A model generated the notes under the pieces. It worked only from the letters and a program-made list of their open reading frames with translations. It did no database searches and was not told where the DNA came from. This document shows, one piece after another, positions 17,702 to 27,349 of a DNA stretch of 64,000 nt. The number at the start of each line of letters is the position of its first letter. The stretch's first letter is position 1. The stretch comes from Thermoplasmata archaeon (lineage in GTDB: Archaea; Thermoplasmatota; Thermoplasmata; GCA-020350865). The stretch is taken from the NCBI GenBank assembly GCA_020348445.1, contig CP070751.1, positions 3,745,002-3,809,001 on the forward strand. The letters run 5' to 3'. The position numbers were made by a program, and so were the translations under genes.

Positions 17702-17929
17702 ATGGCATATAAAACAATTAATGTGACACCAGAAACATATGAAAAGCTGATACTCTATAAACATGCGGGAATGACTTTTGATGAAGTTATAAACGAAATG
17801 ATGGATATGATGTCAGAAGAGGAATTCTATAAGCATGTATTAGAGGAACACAAAAAGCGCCTCAAGAAAATAAAAGCGGGAGAATATATAGAATCTGATG
17901 ATCTTAGTAAGGCTTTAAATGAGGTCTGA
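17702..17929 (+). CDS. Antitoxin, ribbon-helix-helix-like
   Basis: KTINVTPETYEKL...TFDEVINEMM; lies directly upstream of a RelE-type gene. Confidence 0.7.
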   Translation: MAYKTINVTPETYEKLILYKHAGMTFDEVINEMMDMMSEEEFYKHVLEEHKKRLKKIKAGEYIESDDLSKALNEV

Positions 17930-17935
17930 GGTGCT

Positions 17936-18232
17936 TTGTTGCCTAAATATAAAATTATTTATGGTAAGGATTTTTTAAAAGACCTTAAGAAAATCATAAA
18001 AAGTGGTGAGAAAAAGATAAAAGATAAAGTTGAGCAAGTTGTTGAAAAATTATTAATTGATCCACACAAGAAAAGATCTGGGGTCGATATAAAACTAATA
18101 TCGTCAAGAAAAGAAGCGGTGTATCGCGTTCGAATAGGCAAATATCGAATTATATATCAAATTGATGAAAAAGAAAAGAAATTATACATCACCATGATTT
18201 TTCTAAAAACAAGTAAGCAAGATTATAGATAA
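17936..18232 (+). CDS. relE: RelE/ParE family toxin
   Basis: 98 aa, basic, YRVRIGKYRIIYQID motif. Confidence 0.85.
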   Translation: MLPKYKIIYGKDFLKDLKKIIKSGEKKIKDKVEQVVEKLLIDPHKKRSGVDIKLISSRKEAVYRVRIGKYRIIYQIDEKEKKLYITMIFLKTSKQDYR

Positions 18233-18370
18233 TCAATATACTCGGTGGTGTATAATTATGGTAACTATCATAATAGGAAATGGCAGATTGGTAAAATATC
18301 ATTAAAGTTAAATATATTCAGTTACATAGTAGCCATGGTTATTTAAAGGACACTAGGAGGTGTGCTAGTA

Positions 18371-21300
18371 ATGGGTGAAGATATTAAGCGTATATTAATG
18401 GTAATTTTAGGGATGATATTGATATTATCGGCGATATCAATAATCCCTTTAAAGGAGCCCATTCTTGATTGTGCATCTGCAGGCTCAATCTGGGTTCAAA
18501 CCACTGAGACAGATTTCAATGCAGGGACTTTAGAAAATGTGACTGTCACACCTGAGGGTAATGTGACGCTTGCATTACAGACCAAAAATATAGAAGAAGA
18601 TTTCACCGACGAATCTAATATCAGTTATAAAATAAATGTGATTGTAGATAGCGTATTAGGGGAAGCTAGGCTGGTAAAAGGTATCAATAAAACATTTGGC
18701 GGGCCAGATATAGATTGGGGTTGGTGGGTTCAACAAACCAGCGATTTTGGATATGCTCTTTTCAGCGAGACTGGATCTTTTGGGGCAGGTGATTTGGACG
18801 CATGGTTGATCAAGACCGACGAAAAAGGAAATGAAGAGATAAACAAAACATTTGGTGGTCCTGCAAAGGACGGAGCAAGATCAGGCCAGCAGACCAATGA
18901 TGGCGGATATATTCTTGGCGGATATGCCGATTCCTTTGGTTTTCCTGGTCATGACGGTTGGTTGATAAGGACAGATTCACTTGGAAATGAGCTATGGAAC
19001 TATACATACGGCGGTCCCGGAACAGATGCTTTCTACTCTGTTGTGCAAACCACAGATGGCGGTTTCGTTGCAACTGGATATGAGACTTCATATGGACCTC
19101 CAGGTTATAACGTTTGGCTGTATAGAACAGACGCAGTGGGATCTGAGCTATGGACTAGATATTACGGGGAGGGAGGTTCAGAATATGGAATGTCTGTTAA
19201 GCAGACATCTGATGATGGATATATTATTACAGGTACCACAGATTCTTTTGGAACTGGAGACACCGATTTATGGTTGATAAAGACAGATGTAATAGGAATT
19301 GAACAATGGAATCATACATTTGGAGGACTTGCTGATGATTGGGGTGGCTCGGTTTTTCAGACCTCTGATGGAGGATATATCGTCTCAGGCGATACAAGAT
19401 CCTACGGCTCTGGTGGTTATGACGTATGGCTGATTAAAACCGATGAATTTGGTAATGAAGAATGGAATATGACATATGGTGAAGCATTTGTCGATGACAC
19501 GGGATATTGTGTTCATCAGACTTTTGATGGGGGATACGTCATAGCTGCAAGCGCGACCAATTTATTTACCGGCTACACAGATATCTGGTTGATAAAGACT
19601 GATAGTAATGGTAATGAACAGTGGAGGAGGATTTTTGGAGGGGCAGCTTCTGATTGGGGATACTCTGTTGATCAAACCGTTGATGGAGGTTTCATTCTCA
19701 TTGGATATACAGCATCGTATGGAGCAGGAAGTATAGATGTGTGGTTGATTAAAACCGATACCCAAGGAAATATCAGTTCTGAAGGTGAACTGATTTCTGC
19801 CAACATGCTATCAGGGAAAAATGCATTTTCCATTGATACTTTTAATTGCACAGCATCCATTCCTCCTGGTACCCTTGTGCAAGTTCAATTTTCACAGGAC
19901 AAACTCGATTGGTATGATTCTGCCCGTGTACTAGATAGCTGGGATACTTTAACTGATGGCTTCAATTCCATTGACTTGTCTCTTCTTGGATGGGGTGGTT
20001 CTGAACTTTTCTACAAAATGTACTTTTTCTCAAATACTGTTGACATCCCTTCTGTAGAGAATGTTAATATTTCGTACAGTGTATATTCATCTTCGGGAGT
20101 GTTGACTTCGCAAACCTTTGATTGCGGTGAAACTAATGTTGACTGGAAGACTTTGAGTTGGATTGCATTAGAACCTCCGGGAACAGAAGTTAGATTTCAG
20201 TTAAGGGCTGCTGATACTCAAGCCAATTTATCGACAATGAATTTTTCGGGGCCAGACGGAAGCTCAGCAACTTATTACGATTTTTCACCTGCAAATACCT
20301 GGTCGGGTCTTGATGGTTACCCATGGGTGCAATTCAAGGCTTTTTTAATAGGAACAAGTGAACTTACACCTATTTTGCAGGAGGTTACCATATACTATGA
20401 TTTCATACCAGATGCGCCAACCAACCTCACAATAGAGATCTGGGGAAATAACCTCACCCTAAACTGGACGGCCCCACAAAGCAGTCCAAGCCCTGTAAAT
20501 CACTATTTGATTTATAGGGTTAACGATCCAAATAGTTTTACTTATTCAGATTCAGAGATAATCTACAATTCCTCCAACAATCCAGGACACGAACTAGACA
20601 CCATGTGGAATGATACCCAAGCTCTATTGGACCAAAGTAACAACTATTTTTATGTTGTCAGGGCAATATCTGATGATGGTGGTAACGACACCAATGAGAA
20701 TATCGTGGGGAAGTATGTGATTCAACTTTCTGCTGGCTGGAATTTGATCTCTTTACCTTTGACTCAAAAAGATACCAGTATCTCCGAGGTTCTAAGAACG
20801 ATAGATGGTCAATTTAATGTTGTTCAGTGGTATGATGCAAAAAATGGAATTTGGCGTTCTACTTCAACAGGTTTGACTGATATCAACAGAAGCATGGGTT
20901 TGTGGATTTATATGAAAAATAAACACAATTTAAGTGTGGTTGGCGCAGTTTCAGAGTCAACTGACATTGCTTTGTATAAAGGTTGGAATTTAGTTGGGTA
21001 TCCAAGTTTTACAATCAGAAATCTAAATGATGCTTTAATTGGAATAAATTGGCAGGCTGTGCAGCAGTATAACGCCTTTGATTCTAATGATCCTTGGAAG
21101 CACAATAGTGTTAGCAAGCCTGATAGATTCAATGACCTAAAGGAAATGAAACCAGGCTATGGATATTGGGTATATGCTGCAATAGATGATACCTGGGTGA
21201 CAACAAGATCATATGATGACGCAAGAAGTGAGATTTGGAGAGTATATGGATTAAAGGAAAAAGACAAAGGGCAGCATAATTTTGAATTAATAATTGAAGA

Positions 21301-21469
21301 TCCATTAGAAATAACGAATGAAGAATACCTTGAAAATAATATCCCTCCAGGGAATTCAAACGATAAAAAAGAAATCAAGAGAATAGATTTCTCTCTTCTC
21401 TCTTTTATGTTGCTTGTCATATTGGTTTGGATCGGGGGGATTATGAAGCTGCAAAGCATTGGACATTGA
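18371..21469 (+). CDS. Large cell-surface protein: seven ~52-aa beta-propeller repeats, FN3-like domain, GWNL repeats, C-terminal TM
   Basis: Seven WLIKTD..GNE.W..TFGG repeats; PDAPTNLTI...LNWTAP; GWNLISLP/GWNLVGYP; ATG 18371 after GGAGGTG. Confidence 0.82.
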   Translation: MGEDIKRILMVILGMILILSAISIIPLKEPILDCASAGSIWVQTTETDFNAGTLENVTVTPEGNVTLALQTKNIEEDFTDESNISYKINVIVDSVLGEARLVKGINKTFGGPDIDWGWWVQQTSDFGYALFSETGSFGAGDLDAWLIKTDEKGNEEINKTFGGPAKDGARSGQQTNDGGYILGGYADSFGFPGHDGWLIRTDSLGNELWNYTYGGPGTDAFYSVVQTTDGGFVATGYETSYGPPGYNVWLYRTDAVGSELWTRYYGEGGSEYGMSVKQTSDDGYIITGTTDSFGTGDTDLWLIKTDVIGIEQWNHTFGGLADDWGGSVFQTSDGGYIVSGDTRSYGSGGYDVWLIKTDEFGNEEWNMTYGEAFVDDTGYCVHQTFDGGYVIAASATNLFTGYTDIWLIKTDSNGNEQWRRIFGGAASDWGYSVDQTVDGGFILIGYTASYGAGSIDVWLIKTDTQGNISSEGELISANMLSGKNAFSIDTFNCTASIPPGTLVQVQFSQDKLDWYDSARVLDSWDTLTDGFNSIDLSLLGWGGSELFYKMYFFSNTVDIPSVENVNISYSVYSSSGVLTSQTFDCGETNVDWKTLSWIALEPPGTEVRFQLRAADTQANLSTMNFSGPDGSSATYYDFSPANTWSGLDGYPWVQFKAFLIGTSELTPILQEVTIYYDFIPDAPTNLTIEIWGNNLTLNWTAPQSSPSPVNHYLIYRVNDPNSFTYSDSEIIYNSSNNPGHELDTMWNDTQALLDQSNNYFYVVRAISDDGGNDTNENIVGKYVIQLSAGWNLISLPLTQKDTSISEVLRTIDGQFNVVQWYDAKNGIWRSTSTGLTDINRSMGLWIYMKNKHNLSVVGAVSESTDIALYKGWNLVGYPSFTIRNLNDALIGINWQAVQQYNAFDSNDPWKHNSVSKPDRFNDLKEMKPGYGYWVYAAIDDTWVTTRSYDDARSEIWRVYGLKEKDKGQHNFELIIEDPLEITNEEYLENNIPPGNSNDKKEIKRIDFSLLSFMLLVILVWIGGIMKLQSIGH

Positions 21470-21792
21470 TAGGGATTATTGTGGGATTTGCAGGAGGTAT
21501 TCTCCCTTTGATCATATTTATAATATCTTATATTTCGTTCGATGATGCGATCCGAACACCGCAGCATAGCCCAACTAATTATGGCATTTTTCAACAACCC
21601 AGTCCTATTAGATATTGTGATAGTTGTAGAAGACAGATTCCATTTGATAGTAAGCTTTGTCCTTATTGTGGTGTGCAACAATCCACTATTGATTCATTCG
21701 AAAAACCACCTCCACCACCTACAGAATCTAAAAAAACTATACCTGTGGAAGAACAACATCATAAACCGCCACCCCCACCTCCACCGAAGTAA
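21427..21792 (+). CDS. Membrane protein with zinc ribbon and Pro-rich tail; apparent N-truncated paralog of 15358-15750
   Basis: LDRGDYEAAKHWTLIGIIVG vs LDRGNYKGAKFFTLIGILVG; CDSC...CPYC; PPPPP tail. Confidence 0.55.
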   Translation: MDRGDYEAAKHWTLIGIIVGFAGGILPLIIFIISYISFDDAIRTPQHSPTNYGIFQQPSPIRYCDSCRRQIPFDSKLCPYCGVQQSTIDSFEKPPPPPTESKKTIPVEEQHHKPPPPPPPK

Positions 21793-21860
21793 AAACTACC
21801 ATTACAAAGGAGTATAAAAAAAACAAATATATTTATAACCCCCCACCCATTCAGCCCCCC

Positions 21861-22085
21861 ATGTGCCTTGCAGTTCCTGGTAAGATACTGAGTATAGACG
21901 AAGACCAAATCGCGAACGTGGATTTCGGGGGAGTAGAAAGACCTGTCAACGTCTCATTGGTGGATGTATATGAAGGAGACTATGTCATAGTTCATGCAGG
22001 ATATGCGATTCAGGTTTTAAGCGAGGAGGATGCACTCCAATCCTTGGAAATGTTCAGGCAGATTTTGGAGGAGCAAAATGCATGA
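21861..22085 (+). CDS. hypC: Hydrogenase maturation chaperone HypC
   Basis: MCLAVPGKI N-terminus; GDYVIVHAGYA. Confidence 0.96.
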   Translation: MCLAVPGKILSIDEDQIANVDFGGVERPVNVSLVDVYEGDYVIVHAGYAIQVLSEEDALQSLEMFRQILEEQNA

Positions 22086-22494
22086 GTACTCCATCATGGT
22101 GGACATCGTCAATGCAGCTCTGAAGTCCATTGAGAACTATGATGTGGAGAGTGTCCAGAAGATTTTTTTGGATGTGGGTGAATTGACCTTCTTAAACCCA
22201 GAGCAGCTCAAATTCTGCTTCACAGTGTTGATCAAGGACAATATACTAAAAGGTGCTGAGCTTGAGATACAACAAAAGAGGGCCGAAATAGAATGTAAAT
22301 CATGTGAATACAAAGGGCCCCTCGAAAAACAACCAGAAGAGGATCATTTCAGGATACCTAGAATCTCCTGCCCGAAATGCGAAGGTGAGATCAAGTTGCT
22401 GAGTGGAAGGGAGTGCATTTTAAGGAACATCAAGATGACGTTAAGGGATGAGAATCCAAAGGAGCAAAAAGAGCAGGTGAGCAACACGAGTTGA
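22078..22494 (+). CDS. hypA: Hydrogenase nickel metallochaperone HypA
   Basis: MHEYS start at 22078; CKSC...CPKC; SGREC. Confidence 0.95.
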   Translation: MHEYSIMVDIVNAALKSIENYDVESVQKIFLDVGELTFLNPEQLKFCFTVLIKDNILKGAELEIQQKRAEIECKSCEYKGPLEKQPEEDHFRIPRISCPKCEGEIKLLSGRECILRNIKMTLRDENPKEQKEQVSNTS

Positions 22495-22504
22495 GGGAAT
22501 TTAA

Positions 22505-23617
22505 ATGATGGAGAAGTTCAGATTCAGGGATAAGGACCTCGCAGATGAGATCTTTCAAAAATTAAAGGATATGAATTTGAATATCAGATTGATGCATGTC
22601 TGCGGAACACATCAGGACACACTTGTGAGGTTCGGATTGGAGGAGAATCTTAATAAAGTTGGTGTGGAGATCAGACAGGGCCCTGGGTGCCCGGTTTGTG
22701 TTACCACTCCAAAAGAGATAGAGGAGGCCATACTCCTTTCCAAAAAGGGCAAGAAGCTTGTTGTATTCGGTGACATGATCAAGGTCCCTGGAGCCTCAGG
22801 TTCACTTGCTGACGCAAGAGCCAGGGGAGGAGATATTCAGATCGCATACGGAGTGGACGATGCTGTGAACATAGCCTCCCAGGTAGATAAAGAAGTTGTT
22901 TTCATGGCAGTGGGCTTTGAAACCACCATACCAAGCATCGCCATGGCAATTAAAAGGGTGCATGAAAAAAAGGAGAGCCAGTCTTCCAATTTCTCGATTC
23001 TAAGCTGCCACAGAATCGTGCCTCCCGCATTGAAGACATTGATTGAACTTGGAGAGGTGAAGTTGCACGGATTAATCGAGCCGGGCCATGTGAGCACAAT
23101 AATAGGTGCTAGACCATACGAGTTCCTCTCGGAAAAGTACAACGTTCCCCAGGTAATCGCTGGCTTCGAACCACTGGATCTTCTTATGGGAATTTACATG
23201 CTAGCCAGGCAGATAGAAAAAGGGGAGGCCAAGGTGGAGATCGAGTATACACGAAGCGTGAAATACGAGGGTAATCCCAAGGCAGTCTCTGTTATAGACG
23301 AAGTTTTTGAGCCATTCGATATCAAATGGAGGGGATTTCCAGAAATTCCAGAAAGTGGACTTAGGCTTAAATCTGAATATGAGGATTATGACGCAAGACA
23401 ACTCTTTGCAGAGGATCTAAAGGATATTGAGGACATGGAATTCTCCGAACCTGCGGGCTGCAAGTGTGGGGATGTGTTAAGAGGTGTGATATATTCTGAT
23501 GAATGCCCATTATTTGGAAAGGCCTGCACACCCGAACACCCTGTGGGGCCATGTATGGTGAGTGCCGAGGGAAGCTGTAATATTCTTTTGAAGTACGGAA
23601 GAAGAGGTAAAGAATAA
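22505..23617 (+). CDS. hypD: Hydrogenase maturation protein HypD
   Basis: HVCGTH, GPGCPVCVT, GFETT, PGHVSTIIG, GPCMVSAEGSC motifs. Confidence 0.97.
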   Translation: MMEKFRFRDKDLADEIFQKLKDMNLNIRLMHVCGTHQDTLVRFGLEENLNKVGVEIRQGPGCPVCVTTPKEIEEAILLSKKGKKLVVFGDMIKVPGASGSLADARARGGDIQIAYGVDDAVNIASQVDKEVVFMAVGFETTIPSIAMAIKRVHEKKESQSSNFSILSCHRIVPPALKTLIELGEVKLHGLIEPGHVSTIIGARPYEFLSEKYNVPQVIAGFEPLDLLMGIYMLARQIEKGEAKVEIEYTRSVKYEGNPKAVSVIDEVFEPFDIKWRGFPEIPESGLRLKSEYEDYDARQLFAEDLKDIEDMEFSEPAGCKCGDVLRGVIYSDECPLFGKACTPEHPVGPCMVSAEGSCNILLKYGRRGKE

Positions 23618-23619
23618 AT

Positions 23620-23640
23620 ATCTGTTTTTTTTATCAAAAC
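23620..23640 (+). terminator. Possible archaeal oligo-T terminator after hypD
   Basis: CTGTTTTTTTT run just after the stop, in a convergent intergenic region. Confidence 0.4.
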
Positions 23641-23684
23641 TAATTAGGATCAATAACTCATACAGCATGGTAAATCAATGGCAT

Positions 23685-24422
23685 TTAAAAAAGACTGGCT
23701 TGCTGAAATTTCAATTCTTCATATTCTTGCTTCTCTATTATCTCAGGCACATTTGTATTTCCCTTTCTATATGAAATCATCTTAGATACAGTGTGCGCAT
23801 CCAAAACAGAATCGTCGATAGGCTCCAGCATCGAGTTGATATCGTCCCTGGTGATGTCAGAGTCCAGCCAACGTCTCTCATCATCCAGTCTTAATATCGC
23901 TGGCATCCTCTTTTTCTTGTTATGGATTTTTTCTAAAAGTGGGTTTGCTCTTGTGGTGATCACAGAAAAGGTATTGTATTTTTCATCTGTATCCTTGTTT
24001 GTCCATGTATCCCATATTCCGGCCATTGCGAAGGCTTCCTTGTCTGCCATTCTTATGTAATACGGATAATTCTTGCCCTTTACCTCTCTCCACTCGAAAA
24101 AGCCATCTGCGATCACAAGGCATCTTTTATTTTTTATGGGTCCTCTAAATGAGGGCTTTTCAAATAATGTTTCGGCCCTTGCATTGAATGTTTTTGTTCT
24201 TATTTCATTTGCCTTTTCTTCATTTTTTATCCAAAATGGAATCAATCCCCATTTTAAGAACTGAATCAAGTTGACATTTTCGTTGGTTATCACAGGAACA
24301 TCCGGAATGGAAAAAGCAGAAACATGATAGGCCGGCTCGTACAATTCAGGGGCATCGAACTTGGCATCAAAGCGCTCCTCAAGGCGATCGCTTTTTAAAG
24401 CAAATGAGATGTCGAAACACAT
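23685..24422 (-). CDS. SOS response-associated peptidase (SRAP/YedK/HMCES family)
   Basis: Cys at residue 2 (MCF, ATG 24422 after GGAGGT); WGLIPFW, TFNARAE, GFFEW, IHN...RMP. Confidence 0.92.
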   Translation of the reverse strand: MCFDISFALKSDRLEERFDAKFDAPELYEPAYHVSAFSIPDVPVITNENVNLIQFLKWGLIPFWIKNEEKANEIRTKTFNARAETLFEKPSFRGPIKNKRCLVIADGFFEWREVKGKNYPYYIRMADKEAFAMAGIWDTWTNKDTDEKYNTFSVITTRANPLLEKIHNKKKRMPAILRLDDERRWLDSDITRDDINSMLEPIDDSVLDAHTVSKMISYRKGNTNVPEIIEKQEYEELKFQQASLF

Positions 24423-24423
24423 T

Positions 24424-24792
24424 TTATTTACCTCCTTTTTTCTTCTTTTTTTCCTTTGGTGGCAGTGACGAGACATAGTTCACAGACCTGTTAAGCCAGA
24501 ATGAGAATTGCTTCTTATTATTAAAAAGGGACTTTGGAACAACGACATACTCCTTCATAAGCCTCCCGCTTACAGGCTCAAAGGGCACCACTTCATCATG
24601 CTCATTTTTAATTCTTTCCCTATCCTCTTCAGATAATCTGATAAACAAATTTTCCTCGAAGGTACCGCAGAACATGTTGTTGTTTATAAAATACGTTGGA
24701 AATCCGAACATTTTTCTCTTTTGGCATTCCACATCAGTTAAGCTCTTTTCGAGAAAGGAAGTCAATTCTTCAGGGGATTTTTTCCAGGCCAT
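24424..24792 (-). CDS. TfoX/Sxy family protein
   Basis: RKMFGFPTYFINNNMF, LFIRL, FEPVSGRLMKEYVVVP. Confidence 0.85.
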   Translation of the reverse strand: MAWKKSPEELTSFLEKSLTDVECQKRKMFGFPTYFINNNMFCGTFEENLFIRLSEEDRERIKNEHDEVVPFEPVSGRLMKEYVVVPKSLFNNKKQFSFWLNRSVNYVSSLPPKEKKKKKGGK

Positions 24793-24836
24793 GATATCAT
24801 ATTTCCTTAATTATAAAGTCATATTTAAGTTTATTT

Positions 24837-26447
24837 TTACCTGGCCACAAGCCAAACAATCCCGATTTCATAGCTGTAATCATTTCCACTATCCGTGGAT
24901 CCAGTTATCCCAAAGGGATCTTCTTGATCTCCTGCATCCTCAAGGCTTATTGTCACTGTAACTTCGTATTCATCGCCTTCATTTGCAATGACATTAGCAA
25001 TATCCTCTATGGTGAAAGAAAGTTCAGTAGAAACACTTCCCTCCTCTCCATGGGCATTGGAACCAGTATCCTCGGAAGAAGTATTGAGGCCGGATATGAT
25101 AACGTTAAATGTGTCTGGCTGGTTTTCATATGAAATTATAATACCTCCCCCATCAGGTTCATCTGTCCAAGTAACTGTTATCGTGACTTCTTTGAGGTAC
25201 CTATCTTTTTCAGATCTAAAAGACATTGTTTTTGATTGTCCTTCACCTAGAGAGCCGGAACCTGTTTCTAGCTCTGCGGACGCTATAAGTGATTCCAAAT
25301 ATCCAACATCTGCACCACCACCTCCTCCGCCATAATACATCTTGGAAAGGTCAGTTTCTCCAAAGGCATGTGTTATGCCCACAAAAGCGCTGCACACCAC
25401 CATACAAAAGGCAACCAAGATGGCTAAAGTTGTAGTTACTGGCTTTTTCTCAAAATCGTGATCATGTACAAAGTCTTGCAGGGATAGGAATATTCCCCCG
25501 AATGCAGGTTCACCCCGTCTGTGAGGCTGCCAATAATATTTGTGGATGAAATAGAAAAACAGAATCATAATTGCGTCGGCAATGAGGCTGGTTCCTATGT
25601 TTACCAATGAATAGGTTGCAGGGTCCATTGATGTTTCTGCACTTTGAAAATAGAAAACCGAAAGCTGCCAGTTGCCCATGCCGTGCATGACTATGCAGGC
25701 AAAGATATTTCTTGAATAGATATAAAGAACCCCGAACACGAAGCCAGCCGATATCCAACCCCAAAGGGCAGCCACAAATATATGGGGAGGAAGTTCATAG
25801 ACAAAAAGGGCGATTGGAATATGGCTGCATCCAAACAAAACAGAAGAGAAAAACAGGGCCTGCCAATTTGGTAAAACCCGGGCTGACTGGTCCTGGGCAA
25901 AGCTTCTAAATTCCAGCTCCTCCACAGGCCCAACTACAAAGAACTGGACGAAGGTCATTATACTGAACAATAATGGCGGGTCCAGTAAATTGAAGAATGT
26001 CATGGTTCCAGGTGCGGTTCCCCCTGCTGCACCTGCCAATGCATCGTATCCAAATTCCTCTAAAAGACGCCACATGATGGCCCCTATGAAGCCAACTATG
26101 ATTCCGCTCATAAGAAGTTTTTTCGTGAACTTAAATGGTAGGCCCCTTTCCTTTCTAACGTAGCGCCAGAAAACCAGAATCGGGATAAGATGTATCGTGG
26201 GTGAGAAAATGATATGGGCAATATAGAACTTAAGACTACCAAAGGGACTGATATAAGGTGCACTTATGTTTCTATATACTGCCCAAATACATATTTGGAC
26301 TATAATCACTCCTAAAATCAGCAATACATACTGCTGTTTTCCAGGAAGAGGCTTTTCACCTTTTGATGGTACACCATACCACTTGTTATCTTCCTGGATT
26401 TCTTCCTTAATATCTGTAGAACTAGTTTCTTCGGAGCCCTCCATCAA
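24837..26447 (-). CDS. CPBP family (CAAX/Abi) intramembrane metalloprotease with C-terminal extracellular domain
   Basis: EELEFR, FGCSH, HGMGN motifs; multiple TMs; acidic beta-rich C-terminus. Confidence 0.85.
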   Translation of the reverse strand: MMEGSEETSSTDIKEEIQEDNKWYGVPSKGEKPLPGKQQYVLLILGVIIVQICIWAVYRNISAPYISPFGSLKFYIAHIIFSPTIHLIPILVFWRYVRKERGLPFKFTKKLLMSGIIVGFIGAIMWRLLEEFGYDALAGAAGGTAPGTMTFFNLLDPPLLFSIMTFVQFFVVGPVEELEFRSFAQDQSARVLPNWQALFFSSVLFGCSHIPIALFVYELPPHIFVAALWGWISAGFVFGVLYIYSRNIFACIVMHGMGNWQLSVFYFQSAETSMDPATYSLVNIGTSLIADAIMILFFYFIHKYYWQPHRRGEPAFGGIFLSLQDFVHDHDFEKKPVTTTLAILVAFCMVVCSAFVGITHAFGETDLSKMYYGGGGGGADVGYLESLIASAELETGSGSLGEGQSKTMSFRSEKDRYLKEVTITVTWTDEPDGGGIIISYENQPDTFNVIISGLNTSSEDTGSNAHGEEGSVSTELSFTIEDIANVIANEGDEYEVTVTISLEDAGDQEDPFGITGSTDSGNDYSYEIGIVWLVAR

Positions 26448-26631
26448 CTGTGCCCCCGGAATTCAATATCCAAATTCATACTCAGCGCTCTCATCCTCAT
26501 AATAAGCGTTACTTGCCCATAAACTCTTCGCCATTCTTTTTCCGATGGACATCACCTTTTACATACAGTTTGTTAAGCCAAAAAATTGTTCTACCACCTC
26601 ATCCAACTCGTTATTTTCTCGCTAAACTGAT

Positions 26632-27192
26632 CTAACTTTTATCTAATCCCATGGCCTTTGCATTTGGACACATTATCTTTGCTCTGCAGTGGACACATGC
26701 TGTCTTTCTAAACACAACTAACATTCGGAACAAGAGCAACCCCACAACCATTATGAATACACCCAAAAGTAAGATCGAGAAGTCAATAATCAAGGCTGGG
26801 ATTATGGCAACGATGGGAATAAAAAGGGAAGCCATATACAGTTTGTTATGGCTGAACCCTCCAGCTCGTTTTGGGAAGTTCTTTAAGTCACCTTCCTTTG
26901 CAATTTTCCTTGAAACAAGGTTCAATCCCGATGTGCAAACCGAATTTTTAAGTTTGTAGTATATACAATTTGGGCACACGGTAAGGGGCATAATAACATA
27001 CATCTGGGTAAATGCAAATACGAGGTATATGATCCCCAATAAGATACCCAAACCTGTGAAGTGATAACCAAGTATTATGCCGATACTTCCAAGTGAATAA
27101 TGAAAAATCGTAACTCCATTGTATATTATTATATTTGGCAATGGATATCTCGTATAAAGCTCTGCTTTTGGAATATGTTCTGCCTCATTCAT
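26632..27192 (-). CDS. Hypothetical Cys-containing membrane protein
   Basis: Four TM segments; CPNC..Y...C and CVHC....MCP motifs. Confidence 0.6.
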   Translation of the reverse strand: MNEAEHIPKAELYTRYPLPNIIIYNGVTIFHYSLGSIGIILGYHFTGLGILLGIIYLVFAFTQMYVIMPLTVCPNCIYYKLKNSVCTSGLNLVSRKIAKEGDLKNFPKRAGGFSHNKLYMASLFIPIVAIIPALIIDFSILLLGVFIMVVGLLLFRMLVVFRKTACVHCRAKIMCPNAKAMGLDKS

Positions 27193-27349
27193 TTTTATTC
27201 CTGCAATCTAATTACTATATCACTCGGCACAGGCAAAGAGCTTTATTTTGTTTTCGCTCTTCTTTAAATAATTTAGTACACAACAAAATGCTAGATAAAA
27301 ATAGAATCCAAGTAAGTAAGAATTTATTTCCAACATATATAATCAAATA

